A stretch of DNA of 64,000 bases from Octopus sinensis (GCF_006345805.1 NC_043001.1:31806001-31870000), one strand, 5' to 3'; shown: positions 13,201-26,307, counted from the first letter of the stretch. A program made the numbers and translations. The notes: a model not told the origin generated them from the sequence alone.

Positions 13201-13660
13201 TTGATATAGTTCATCAAAATATGCAGCCAGAATCTAAGTTTGAATCATTTGAGCGCTACAAGCGTTTTCTATTTCGAGGATCTCTGGATCTCATCAGTTG
13301 ACTATATATATATTATCATCATCGTTATCATCGTTTAACATCATCCTTCCATGCTGACACGGGTTGGACATACACACACACATATATGTTTATGTGTGTG
13401 TTTGTGTATATTTATGTGTGCGCACACACACAAACATATATACACAAGCATAGACATGTGCTCTCACATATATAAATAAAGAAGGTGAGCAAGTCGAAAT
13501 TTCGAAGTTCCTTTCAAAATTTTTTCTTGCAAAAGTTAATGTGTCGTACAAAAAATTGAGTAATCCTTCACGTTAATCTTGATTTTATATATATATATAT
13601 ATATTACTTGACATATATGCAAGCATTAATACCATCTATCTATCTATCTATCTATCTACA

Positions 13661-13715
<55 letters not shown>

Positions 13716-14002
13716 GTTTGTATGTATGTATTTATGTATGTACATATGTATATGTACTACATAGTTATCAGTTCCGTTATAAACAAGTGTAATCAGCAGA
13801 ACAATTGGAAATAATAACTGAAAATAAGTATATTTTTTTGAATGGAGTGAAGCAGAGGTTAACATTTTATTTCTTTTTGATATCACAGTACAACATGACC
13901 CTCTCCAACTTTTATTTCTTATCAGCTTCGTTATAATGTCAAGTCAACGTGCTATCTAGCTAAATTGCATACACGCTATAGATTTTCGTTACTTGATGAC
14001 GA

Positions 14003-14400
14003 CGGCACGTAGCCTAGTGCTTAATGTTCCCGACTGACGACTCATAATGCCGGGGTTCTGAGTTCAAATTCCGCCGAGGTCGACTTTGCCTTTCATTCTT
14101 TCGGGGTCGATTAAATAAGTACCAGTTACGGGGGTCGATGTAATCGACTTAATCCGTTTGTCTGACCTTGTTTGTCCCTTCTGTGTTTAGCCCCTTGTGG
14201 ATAAAGAAATAGGTATTTCGTATGCCGCTACGTTCTGAGTTCAAATTCCGTCAAGGTCGACTTTGCCTTTCATCCTTTCGGGGTCGATAAATCAAGTACC
14301 AGTTACGCAGTGGGGTCGATGTAATCGATTCAATCCCTTTGTCTGTCCATGTTTGTCCCCTCTATGTTTAGCTCTTTGTGGGCAATAAAGAAATATGAAA
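14003..14400 (+). mobile_element. Tandem partial family B SINEs
   Basis: ttctgagttcaaattccg..aggtcgactttgcctttcat occurs twice (about 14056 and 14233), each followed by the B tail. Confidence 0.85.
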
Positions 14401-14409
14401 TTGTGACAT

Positions 14410-14448
<39 letters not shown>

Positions 14449-14775
14449 ATACACAAATGCACACACACGCACACACACATACACACTTATACATACACAT
14501 TCGTATATACACATACCAATATTGCGTACATCGATGAAAATTGTGTATTAAACCGTAAAAAAACCCGAAGATTTTCCATTACTTCTGGATTTTCAAATTC
14601 CGCGGATTTTCATGGTACAGTCATACGTTCAGTCAATCAGCAGCATCGCCACAAGAATATGATAACCCTATAAAGTAACTGGTCAACTGCGATATCCGCA
14701 TTGTGTTGTTGAAGTCAAAGCTGTAGGTACCAGCAGATAGCATAATTTACAAAAGAAATGTTAACATTGCATCAA

Positions 14776-15161
14776 TACTAGCAGTATAGTCCGGCGTTGC
14801 TCGGGTTTGTTTCGACCCATTAGAATTGAAATTCTTGAAAATTTTGCGTTATGTAGCTTGATATTCTCTTTAAGTGAACATTTTTCTGGTTGAAATACAC
14901 AGAAAAATGTTGACACAGCAGTCAAAAAATCGTAAAAAATAGGGATTTTTATAGAAAAAAAGTACCTTTTTGATGTAAATAATTTTTGGTCTTAACATGG
15001 TCCGCTTTGAAACTTTTCTTCTACGGAAGGAAGAGCAAGCCTTCTTCTATCATACTCTCAATTTTAGTCAACTTGCGCCGCAGGGTCTCGGAGGAAATAG
15101 TGTTAGTTGAAGGCTACCAAACCTGCCATACACAGACAACTTCAGATTTATATATATAGAT
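14776..15161 (+). mobile_element. Non-autonomous Helentron-type (HINE/DINE-1-like) element
   Basis: 5' actagc..ccggcgttgctcggg; 3' acagacaac..ttatatatatagat; mirrored by 63366-63880. Confidence 0.7.
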
Positions 15162-15324
15162 TTACTTGACGTAATATCTAGAATTATTGTCTTTGATCCA
15201 GCTGTATAATATGCAATCATAAATATCTCTGTGTTTTGTATCAGGAGCTTCGGTCGGTTTTCGACAGATTAATCAGCATAAAATATTCAATTAGTCAGAA
15301 AAATGTCAACATTATATTATAATA

Positions 15325-15556
15325 CTGGGTTGGCCAAAAATTACCTGACAGTAAATCAAAACTATATTTAATTCCAAGGTTTACTTATGCTTAACAACTG
15401 AACGGATTCAATAAAAGCATCTAAATATGAAGCCTCATGAAAATTGTTCAAACTGAAGTCCTTGAGCGACACATTTTTCCATTCGAGTCAATGCAGAATT
15501 ACAGATAGTGTTTATAGAATTTTGATTTACTGTCGGGTGACTTTTGGCCAACCCTG
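15325..15556. mobile_element. Tc1/mariner MITE
   Basis: ~35-bp TIRs c[t/a]gggttggccaaaa.t.acc.gacagtaaatcaaaa, TA at both ends. Confidence 0.85.
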
Positions 15557-15606
15557 TATATTTGATGTATCAGTTATTAGTTAGGTTTTTGATCAACTGC
15601 AAGTTT

Positions 15607-15993
15607 GGTGGAAGCACTCCGTCGGTTGCGACGACGAGGGTTCCGGTTGATCCGATCAACGGAACAGCCTGCTCGTGAAATTAACGTGTAAGTGGCTGAG
15701 CACTCCACAGACACGTGCACCCTTAACGTAGTTCTCGGGAATATTCAGCGTGACACAGAGAGTGACAAGGCCGGCCCTTTGAAATACAGGTACAACAGAA
15801 ACAGGAAGTAAGAGTGAGAGAAAGTTGTGGTGAAAGAGTACAGCAGGGACCACCACCATCCCTGCCGGAGCCTCGTGGAGCTTTAGGTGTTTTTCGCTCA
15901 ATAAACACTCACAACGCCCGGTCTGGGAATCGAAACCGCGATCCTATGACCGCGAATCCGCTGCCCTAACCACTGGGCCATTGCGCCTCCACA
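15607..15993 (-). mobile_element. tRNA-headed SINE family D, tail type 1, with TSD
   Basis: Head ggaggcgcaatggcccagtggttagggcagcgg..ggtttcgattccc; 12-bp TSD aactgcaagttt at 15595-15606 and 15994-16005. Confidence 0.9.
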
Positions 15994-16324
15994 AACTGCA
16001 AGTTTAACGTACTAGTGAGCACTCACTGAACGTATGGACATTGAAATTTTTGATTAGGGTTATATACCCAACAAGTCTATGATAATTTTAGATTGTCCCC
16101 GCACTTGTTATTCTGTATCGGCAAGAGAGCATAGGGCTTATAGTCAAACAAGTAATCCTGTAAATTAAAACTTTTGTTTGTCTCATGAGCTTCATTATAG
16201 ACAAAGTTACATGATCTTTAGTTAGCATTTAAATTATAACATAACTAGTATTTATTATTCTGTCGTGTGAGTTTGGCATGATCTCTCTCTGTCTCTAACT
16301 ATCCATCTATTTTTATTTCCTCCC

Positions 16325-16570
16325 TGCCTGAGGTTACCGTGGTCTGTAGGCTTTTCTTCCCACGGATAAACCTAATCTTGTTTGTTACTTTCCCCCCAAA
16401 AAAGGTTTTTTCCATCTGTGATACACGATCCCTTTTGATCGTTTTTTTTCCCCGATCCCTTTTGATCGAAATTTTACATTTGTTTCCTTTTTTTTTTACC
16501 TTTTCCATCTTTGAAAAGAAAAGCTCTACATTTGTAATTGTCCCCTCTGTGTCCATCCCTGTGTGGCCAG
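16325..16570 (+). mobile_element. Pyrimidine-rich repeat family E (also about 20355-20510, 36395-36480, 36640-36895)
   Basis: gaggttaccgtggt..ccacggataaacct..gatcccttttgatcgaaa..aaaagaaaagctct..ctgtgtg..ccctgtgtg recurs four times. Confidence 0.75.
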
Positions 16571-17741
16571 TCTGTCGTAATTTTGGGTTGATTCCTTAGA
16601 TAAAACATAGTGACAGGTAATAATTCTAGTCAATACGAAATATGGATTTTAGGATTTTAATGTGTACAAACTACGTAAAAGAAGTTATTACTACAGCCAT
16701 AAGACAATGTGACCAACGATAATATTATTCAAAATGTTCAACAAGCTTCCTGTTCAGCGTTAACATTAAATTTAGTTTAGTACAAGGCAGAAAATAAGCT
16801 AATAGTTTGTAGAATGACGTAATGATTTTAACATAAAGTAATACATTAGAAAGAAGGCTGTATGAAGTTTAAAGCGTTGACAATTAACGTTTTCGCTGTA
16901 GAAACAGTACAGAAAACATATTTTATCACGGAACTGTCAGAATTGAAATACTGATTCATTTACTGAACTACGTGCCGTATATTGAGGAAACTAGCTAAAT
17001 ATGAAGTAGTTTGTAAAGCCACTGTTTCTGTAACGTCAAGATAACGTTGTGAAGCAAAAATGCAGTCGTCATTGTGAAAAGTCAATATTCTTCTGTACCA
17101 GGAGATCTGCTATCTTCCTGGACTCTCGGAGTAAGACCGGTAAACTTGAGTGAAAATGCTGTAATGTCACACTCTAGTTCTGCTCTCTTCTGCTAGTTGG
17201 TCTCTCGTATCGTAACACTATTAAATTTGAGTGAACAGGCTATATCACAAACTGATACTGCACTATTCTGCAGCTATTGACCAATACCGTCTTTCAGATA
17301 TCTGGTTCTGTTACAACTGCTAAACTGCTACGTGTTCTGCTACGAGCCAAGAAATTTCATCTAATAAACAATATTCTTTGCTAACTTCGTTTCCTATTAA
17401 CCATAACTATGTCATCAGTTTAAGGTGTTTTCAAACTTTTGTTGGTTTCAATGTTTCTTGATTGACTAAAGCATGACAACTTTTCAATGTCCGATTAATC
17501 AGAACTTCGTTCGAGGTGGTACTTCAATCTCGGTCGGTTTCATGCAATAAAACCTAGATATTATTTAGGCGAAGATTATCATCGTTACCAATGAAAATAA
17601 TATTAGACATATCTTATACTTTTCTTCTGCTATCGTACCAATGAGACTATTTATCATCGATGTTGCAAGTAAATTGAAGATTCACATTCGATCTCCTATT
17701 TGTCATGAAATCATCCATCTATCCATCCATCCATCCATCAT

Positions 17742-17806
<65 letters not shown>

Positions 17807-18892
17807 GTATGTATGTTTGCCTACCTTTATTTCTATGATACAAATTATTATTATTTTTTTTAATACAAATACATACATACATACATATACAAAGACACAC
17901 ACTCATAGATGTATACATATATATATATATATATTATATATATTATATATATATATATATATATAGATAGATATAGATATATACGAAGGGCTTCTTTCCG
18001 TTTCCTTTTAGCAAATCCACTCACAAGGCTTTGGTCGTCCCAATGCTATAGTATTGAGCATTCATTCCAACGTTCTACATTTACACACACACACGCACAC
18101 ACACGCACACATACACATATACACACACATGCCAAAATATAGGTATTTCAGATAGATAGCCGTTTCGTAAACTTCACGTTGTACTAATTTCAGTACACGA
18201 AATTATACGTACATGTGTGCAGCAATGTGTATGCTCATAATTATACAACCCAATAATATATTCACAAATGAATACAGATAACTCATACGATAACTGGAAC
18301 ATCATAGTTGCATTTACGATACGAGTTGAATCGCAGATGGAACTGTGATGTTCCGTTGATCACGAAGGATTAACAAAGACAGCCACCCAATCGAAAAGAT
18401 TCTCAACAAAGGCAAAATTCACGCAAGGAAAGAAAAAGATGCAGATAGCTAAATGTGAAAACCTTTGTTGAGGGATATGGAAAATAGATATACGGAGAAA
18501 ACAAAAATATTCACAAATGGGAATGAATTAAAGGCTAATGCAAACATGAACTGCATATGTAAAAAAAATAGCTCATATGCTGCATCACATGCTCACATCG
18601 CAAAGAGAATTATATCGACCAAACAGAATCAAAATTAATAGATCAGGCCCGGGCACATAAACAGTAAATCAAATATTTATCTCATAGAAATGCTCCGTGA
18701 AGTTAACATCGACACATTTGTCTAAATAGAAAACTGAAAGTATTCCCATTTTTAAAAAATAAAGACAGAAAATGAGCTGCTACGAAAGGCAAAGGAAGTA
18801 TATAATATAAGAATTCTAAATCCGGAACTCTACTGGAAAAACTCAACGCCGCTACAAAAAAGAAGTATGCCTTATATGGATTGTCTTATATA

Positions 18893-19123
18893 GGCGGCGA
18901 GCTGGCAGAAACGGTAGCACGCCGGGCGAAATGTGTAGCCGTATTTCGTCTGCCGTTACGTTCTGAGTTCAAATCCCGCCGAGGTTGACTTTGTCTTTCA
19001 TCCTTTCGGGATCGATAAATTAAGTACCAGTTACGCACTGGGGTCGATGGAATCGACTTAATCGCTTTGTCTGTCCTTGTTTGTCCCCTCTGTGTTTGGC
19101 CCCTTGTGGGTAGTAAAGAAATA
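18893..19123 (+). mobile_element. Full-length family B SINE with perfect 20-bp TSD
   Basis: tatatggattgtcttatata at 18873-18892 and 19124-19143. Confidence 0.95.
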
Positions 19124-19224
19124 TATATGGATTGTCTTATATAAAGTGTACAAGAAAGTTGAAAATAGCGAAAAGTCCTCAACAAAACATGAAAATTTCC
19201 TTCCCTAAGATTTATACTCTTTTC

Positions 19225-19459
19225 TTTTTTTTTTACTCTTTTACTTTTTCAGTCACTTAACTGCGGCAATACTGGAGCACCACCTTAAGTCGAGCAAATC
19301 GCCCCCCTCCATGACTTATTCTTTGTAAGCCTAGTACTTATTCTATCGGTCTCTTTAGCCGAATCGCTAGGTTACGGGGACGTAAACACACAAGCATAGG
19401 TTGTCAAGCGATGTTGGGGGGACAAACACAGACACACAAACATATACATACATACAGAC

Positions 19460-19492
<33 letters not shown>

Positions 19493-19675
19493 ATATACAT
19501 ATATACATATATACGACGGGCTTCTTTCAGTTTCTGTCTACCAAATCCGCTCACAAGGCTTTGGTCGGCTCGAGGCTATAGTAGAATACACTTGCCCAAG
19601 GTGCCACGCAGTGGGACTGAACCCGGAACCATGTGGTTGGTAAGCAAGCTACTTATCACACAGCCACTCCTGCGT
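19225..19675 (-). mobile_element. SINE family A, full length
   Basis: Complete head-(TA)n-tail architecture. Confidence 0.9.
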
Positions 19676-20156
19676 CTATGTTAATCTCATTTCGAAAACT
19701 TTTAAAAAAATAATTAGAATAATTTTTAGTTTAAAAAAAATTCTTCCTTCATATAAATATATTCAGCAAACTGAGATTTCATTTTCTTTAAAAAAAAGTC
19801 TATTAAAACTCTGCCACGCTCGTATAATTCAAAGCGAGAGTAAAGGTACTCACTACAGAAGTGTATTGCAAATGTTCATTATACTGCTGATATTACTCCC
19901 TGTTGTAAGTCAGAGACTCTAGTATCTTGACCGTATAACTGGTGCATTATACATAAGTCGTAATACAGACAGACACACGCACGCACACACACACACACAC
20001 ACACACACGCGTAATGAATGCGTGTTTACATGTATAAAAATGATGAGATGGGCGCATGTATACATACGCGCATACACACATACACTCATGCTTTCACATT
20101 CATATTTTTTTTATTGCTTGGGAACATAGTTACCAGTAGAATGCTATTTTATCTGC

Positions 20157-20234
<78 letters not shown>

Positions 20235-21286
20235 CCCCTTTTTTCTTTTTTTTCATTTCTCTTTTCTTTTGTTCCTTTTCCTTTTCTTTTTTCTTTTTCT
20301 TTTTTTCTTTTTCTTTTTTCTTTTTCTATTTTAATTATTTTTTTTTGTTCTTTTCTTCCCTTTTACGATCCCTCTTGATCGAAAACCTACGCCACCCCCT
20401 TTTTTTGTTTCTTTTGTTTTTTGTTTTTTTCATCCCCCAAAAGAAAAGCTCTACCTTGTAACTTGTCCCATCTGTGTGCAGCCCTGTGTGGCCAATAAAG
20501 AAACTTATCTATATCTATCTATCTATATATACATATACACAAAAATACATATGCATACCTAAATATATGCATTATTTGTACATGTAGATGTATATAATAT
20601 ATTTTGCATATACGCATAAATATATGTATGTATATACGTATACATGCATGCATGCAAATATATAGATTGCTTCGATATTTAAACAGATACATTGATGCAC
20701 AGATAATACTGGAATCGCTATTCAGATTGACAGACAGATTGACAGACAGACAGCTGCAGAGATAGACTAAAAGATAGATTAACAGGCAAGTTGTTATGCA
20801 ACTACCCTCGTTGAAGTAGAGAAAGCGAGGCTATACTACTTCGTCATAAAATAGACTGCACGTCTACGTTTTAACTGATATTAACTAAATGTACCTTGTT
20901 GCTATAGGTTTCCGACAGGAGTCTTTAAACAGCAAATGTTATCTCTGTATCAGTACATATTTCTGTGAAATATGTTAGCTTGTATTGAATGTAGACAGAC
21001 GTATAGCAAAATGCTTCCGAATCACAATGAAATAGCCTCAACAGCAGCAAGTACAACAACAACAGCAGCAGCAGTAGTAGTAACAGCAACAACAATAACA
21101 ACAGCAATTGTAACAAAACATCAAAAACTTAAGTAGCAGAAATAAAATACTGATATTTTTACATGATATATATACAGACAAGTAAAAGGATGAAAATATT
21201 GGGAAAAATTAATAATAGTGATTTTATTTATAAGCCAAAAGAGGCCAAGACGTTTGGGCTTAGCACCAAGATGAAATATAAAATAT

Positions 21287-21404
21287 AAATAAATGCGCCC
21301 TTTTAAAGCCTAGCCAGGCTCATGGGCCCGTTTTCCCGGTTTCTATGGCGTATGTGTTCCCCTGCTGGACGGGACGTCAGTCCATCGCAGCGTTACTCAT
21401 TTTT
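21287..21404 (-). mobile_element. 3' half of SINE family C (V-domain-like) at the array's left edge
   Basis: Near-identical to 49553-49669 (ttttaaagc.tagccaggctcatggg..ccggtttcta.ggcgtatgtgttccc..gtccatcgcagcgttactcatttttg). Confidence 0.9.
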
Positions 21405-24400
21405 GCCAGCTGAGTGGACTGGAGCAACGTGCTTGTTTTTATGCCAGCTGAGTGGACTGGAGCAACGTGCTTGTTTTTATGCCATCTGAGTGGACTGGAG
21501 CAACGTGCTTGTTTTTATGTTATGCCATCTGAGTGGACTGGAGCAACGTGCTTGTTTTTATGCCAGCTGAGTGGACTGGGCAACGTGCTTGTTTTTATGC
21601 CATCTGAGTGGACTGGAGCAATGTGCTTGTTTTTATGCCAGCTGAGTGACTGGAGCAACGTGCTTGTTTTTATGCCATCTGAGTGGACTGGAGCAACGTG
21701 CTTGTTTTTATGCCAGCTGAGTGGACTGGAGCAACGTGCTTGTTTTTTATGCCATCTGAGTGGACTGGAGCAACGTGCTTGTTTTTATGCCACTGAGTGG
21801 ACTGGAGCAACGTGCTTGTTTTTATTTATGCCATCTGAGTGGACTGGAGCACGTGCTTGTTTTTATGCCAGCTGAGTGGACTGGAGCACGTGCTTGTTTT
21901 TATGCCATCTGAGTGGCCACTGTGAGCAACGGAGCAACGTGCTTTTGCCAGCTGTTTTGATGCCAGCTGAGTGTGACTGGAGCAACGTGCTTGTTTTTAT
22001 GATGCCAGCTGAGTGGACTGAGCAACGTGCTTGTTTTTATGCCGGCAGTCTGAATGCCACTGAGTGGGACTGTGAGCTAACGTGCTTGTTTTTTATGCAA
22101 TGCCAGCTGAGTGGACTGGAGCAACGTGCTTGTTTTTATGCCATCTCTGAAGTGGACTGGTAAGCACGTGCTTGTGTTTTCTTGTTTTTTTATGCCAGCT
22201 GAGTGGACTGGAGCAACGTGCTTTTTTTTATGCCATCTGAGTGTATCTCTGAGTGGACTGGTTTGGAGCGAGCTTGTGCTTGTTTTTATGCCAGCTGAGT
22301 GACTGGAGCAACGTGCTTGTTTTTATGCCATCTGAGTGGACTGGAGCAACGTGCTTGTTTTTTATGTTTATGCCAGCTAGTGGACCTGGAGAGCAAGAGC
22401 AACGTGCTTGTTTTTATGCCATCTGAGTGGACTGGAGCAACGTGCTTGTTTTTATGCCATCTGAGTGGACTGGAGCAACGTGCTTGTTTTTATGCCATCT
22501 GAGTGGACTGGAGCAATGTGCTTGTTTTTTATGCCAGCTGAGTGGACTGGAGCAACGTGCTTGTTTTTATGCCATCTGAGTGGACTGGAGCAATGTGCTT
22601 GTTTTTATGCCAGCTGAGTGGACTGGAGCAACGTGCTTGTTTTTATGCCATCTGCTGATGGACTGGAGCAACGTGCTTGTTTTTGCCATCTGAGTGGACT
22701 GGAGCAACGTGCTTTTTTTTATGCCATCTGATGCCATCCATGAGTGGACTGGAGCATGTGCTTTTTTTATGCCAGCTGAGTGGACTGGAGCAACGTGCTT
22801 GTTTTTATGCCATCTGAGTGGACTGGAGCAATGTGCTTGTTTTTTGCCATCTGAGTGGACTGGAAGCAACGTGCTTGTTTTTATGCCATCTGAGTGGACT
22901 GGAGCAACGTGCTTGTTTTTATGCCATCTGAGTGGACTGGAGCAACGTGCTTGTTTTTTATGCCATCTGAGTGGACTGGAGCAATGTGCTTGTTTTTTAT
23001 GCCAGCTGAGTGGACTGGAGCAACGTGCTTGTTTTATGCCATCTGAGTGGACTGGAGCAACTTGTTTTTGCCATCTGTTTGTTATTTTATGCCATCTGAG
23101 TGGACTGGAGCAACGTGCTTGTTTTTATGCCAGCTGAGTGGACTGGAGCAACGTGCTTGTTTTTTATGCATGCCAGCTGAGTGGACTGGAGCAACGTGCT
23201 TGTTTTTATGCCATCTGAGTTGGAGGGAGCAACGTGCTTGTTTTTATGCCATCTGAGTGGACTGAGCAACGTGCTTGTTTTTATGCCAGCTGAGTGGACT
23301 GGAGCAACGTGCTTGTTTTTTATGCCATCTGAGTGGACTGGAGCAACGTGCTTGTTTTTATGCCAGCTGAGTGGACTGGAGCAACGTGCTTGTTTTTATG
23401 CCAGCTGAGTGGACTGGACAACGTGCTTGTTTTTATGCCAGCTGAGTGGACTGGAGCAACGTGCTTGTTTTTATGCCAGCTGAGTGGACTGGAGCAACGT
23501 GCCTTGTTTTTATGTATGCCATCTGAGTGGACTGGAGCAACGTGCTTGTTTTATTTTTTTTGGCCATGCTGAGTGGACTGGAGCAACGTGCTTGTTTTTA
23601 TGCCATCTGAGTGACTGGAGCAACGACGTGCTTTGTTTTTTTATGCCACTGAGTGGACTGGAGCAATGTGCTTGTTTTTATGCCAGCTGAGTGGACTGGA
23701 GCAATGTGCTTGTTTTTATGCCAGCTGAGTGGACTGGAGCAACGTGCTTGTTTTTATGCCAGCTGAGTGGACTGGAGCAACGTGCTTGTTTTTATGCCAG
23801 CTGAGTGGACTGGAGCAACGTGCTTGTTTTTTTATGCCAGCTGAGTGGACTGGAGCAACGTGCTTGTTTTTATGCCATCTGAGTGGACTGGAGCAACGTG
23901 CTTGTTTTTATGCCAGCTGAGTGGACTGGAGCAACGTGCTTGGTTTTATGCCAGCTGAGTGGACGGAGCAACGTGCTTGTTTTTATGCCAGCTGAGTGGA
24001 CTGGAGCAACGTGCTTGTTTTTATGCCAGCGAGTGGACTGGAGCAACGTGCTTGTTTTTTATGCCAGCTGAGTGGACTGCAGCAACGTGCTTGTTTTTAT
24101 GCCAGCTGAGTGGACTGGAGCAACGTGCTTGTTTTTATGCCAGCTGAGTGGACTGGAGCAACGTGCTTTTTTTATGCCAGCTGAGTGGACTGGAGCAACG
24201 TGCTTGTTTTTATGCCATCTGAGTGGACTGGAGCAATGTGCTTGTTTTTATGCCAGCTGAGTGGACTGGAGCAACGTGCTTGTTTTTATGCCTCTGAGTG
24301 GACTGGAAGCAACGTGCTTGTTTTTATGCCATCTGAGTGGACTGGAGCAACGTGCTTGTTTTTATGCCATCTGAGTGGACTAAGCAATGTGCTTGTTTTT

Positions 24401-25842
24401 ATGCCAGCTGAGTGGACTGGAGCAACGTGCTTGTTTTTTGCCAGCTGAGTGGACTGGAGCAACGTGCTTGTTTTTATGCCAGCTGAGTGGACTGGAGCAC
24501 GTGCTTGTTTTTATGCCACTGAGTGGACTGGAGCAACGTGCTTGTTTTTATGCCAGCTGAGTGGACTGGAGCAACGTGCTTGTTTTTATGCCAGCTGAGT
24601 GGACTGGAGCAACGTGCTTGTTTTTATGCCAGCTGAGTGGACTGGAGCAACGTGCTTGTTTTTATGCCAGCTGAGTGGACTGGAGCAACGTGCTTGTTTT
24701 TATGCCATCTGAGTGGACTGGAGCAATGTGCTTGTTTTTATGCCAGCTGAGTGGACTGGAGCAACGTGCTTGTTTTTATGCCAGCTGAGTGGACTGGAGC
24801 AACGTGCTTGTTTTTATGCCAGCTGAGTGGACTGGAGCAACGTGCTTGTTTTTATGCCAGCTGAGTGGACTGGAGCAACGTGCTTGTTTTTATGCCATCT
24901 GAGTGGACTGGAGCAACGTGCTTGTTTTTATGCCATCTGAGTGGACTGGAGCAACGTGCTTGTTTTTATGCCAGCTGAGTGGACTGGAGCAACGTGCTTG
25001 TTTTTATGCCAGCTGAGTGGACTGGAGCAACGTGCTTGTTTTTATGCCAGCTGAGTGGACTGGAGCAACGTGCTTGTTTTTATGCCAGCTGAGTGGACTG
25101 GAGCAACGTGCTTGTTTTTATGCCAGCTGAGTGGACTGGAGCAACGTGCTTGTTTTTATGCCATCTGAGTGGACTGGAGCAACGTGCTTGTTTTTATGCC
25201 AGCTGAGTGGACTGGAGCAACGTGCTTGTTTTTATGCCAGCTGAGTGGACTGGAGCAACGTGCTTGTTTTTATGCCAGCTGAGTGGACTGGAGCAACGTG
25301 CTTGTTTTTATGCCATCTGAGTGGACTGGAGCAACGTGCTTGTTTTTATGCCAGCTGAGTGGACTGCAGCAACGTGCTTGTTTTTATGCCATCTGAGTGG
25401 ACTGGAGCAACGTGCTTGTTTTTATGCCATCTGAGTGGACTGCAGCAACGTGCTTGTTTTTATGCCAGCTGAGTGGACTGGAGCAACGTGCTTGTTTTTA
25501 TGCCAGCTGAGTGGACTGGAGCAACGTGCTTGTTTTTATGCCAGCTGAGTGGACTGCAGCAACGTGCTTGTTTTTATGCCAGCTGAGTGGACTGCAGCAA
25601 CGTGCTTGTTTTTATGCCAGCTGAGTGGACTGGAGCAACGTGCTTGTTTTTATGCCAGCTGAGTGGACTGGAGCAACGTGCTTGTTTTTATGCCAGCTGA
25701 GTGGACTGGAGCAACGTGCTTGTTTTTATGCCATCTGAGTGGACTGGAGCAACGTGCTTGTTTTTATGCCAGCTGAGTGAACTGGAGCAACGTGCTTGTT
25801 TTTATGCCATCTGAGTGGACTGGAGCAACGTGCTTGTTTTAT
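21405..25842. repeat. 38-bp minisatellite, ~115 units, consensus GCCA(G/T)CTGAGTGGACTGGAGCAACGTGCTTGTTTTTAT
   Basis: Head-to-tail units with no spacers; 4438 bp/38 = about 117 nominal units; indel-rich before about 24500 and clean after. Confidence 0.97.
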
Positions 25843-25960
25843 CGACCCTGAAAGGCTAAAAGGTAAAGTTAACTTCGGCAAAATTTCAGCTCAGAGCATA
25901 AAGAGCCGGAAGAAATGCAGCTAAACATTTTGTCTGATGCGCTAACGATTTTACCAGCTC
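25843..25960 (-). mobile_element. Diverged 5' half of a family B SINE at the array's right edge
   Basis: cgaccctgaaaggctaaaaggtaaagttaacttcggcaaaatttcagctcagagc..ctaaacattttg..gctaacgatttaccagctc aligns to reverse family B copies (33145-33372, 47361-47610). Confidence 0.8.
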
Positions 25961-25966
25961 ATCACC

Positions 25967-26037
<71 letters not shown>

Positions 26038-26057
26038 CATAACAACAACATATATAT

Positions 26058-26250
26058 AGGGAGAATTCACGAAAAAAAAACAAAAGACGAAGACAGGTGG
26101 TGTACAAAACAAACAGATGTATTAGTATAACGCTCAGGAATTGAAAAAGTATTTTACGTTTCGAGCGTACGCTCTTCTACAGAAAGGGACACAGAAAAAA
26201 CAAGGAGAGAAACAAGGAGAGAAAAAAATGTGTGTAGTGGCTACCGATCT
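26058..26250 (-). mobile_element. (TA)n-flanked Penelope pLTR-like unit with hammerhead-like motif (26152-26185, A6U core)
   Basis: Reverse complement: TTT CTGTAGA A GAGC gtac GCTC GAAAC GTA AAA; same unit at 39455-39630 and 59297-59510. Confidence 0.65.
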
Positions 26251-26258
26251 ATCATGTA

Positions 26259-26307
<49 letters not shown>

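Noticed and set aside
13262-13300. Additional hammerhead-like strings (also 7705-7745, 9137-9170, 51314-51345)
   Set aside because: Core half missing or stems II/III not pairing; at best decayed relics.
16620-17630. Possible decayed hAT (Buster-like) transposase on the minus strand
   Set aside because: Only faint motif resemblance across many stops, and no TIR or TSD found; needs frameshift-aware alignment, so left uncalled.
18290-18870. Possible decayed RTE-type 3' region
   Set aside because: Similarity too weak to support by eye.
21414-24448. Cys/Trp-rich repeat protein (MDWSNVLVFMP..ATCLFLC..)
   Set aside because: 38 is not a multiple of 3 and each unit has a TGA (plus) or TAA (minus), so a clean array is closed every third unit. 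ORFs of 60 aa or more occur only in the indel-rich half, and none occur in 24450-25842.
21405-25842. CRISPR array
   Set aside because: The 38-bp units are contiguous with no unique spacers, there are no cas genes, the context is eukaryotic, and the unit is explained by SINE sequence.
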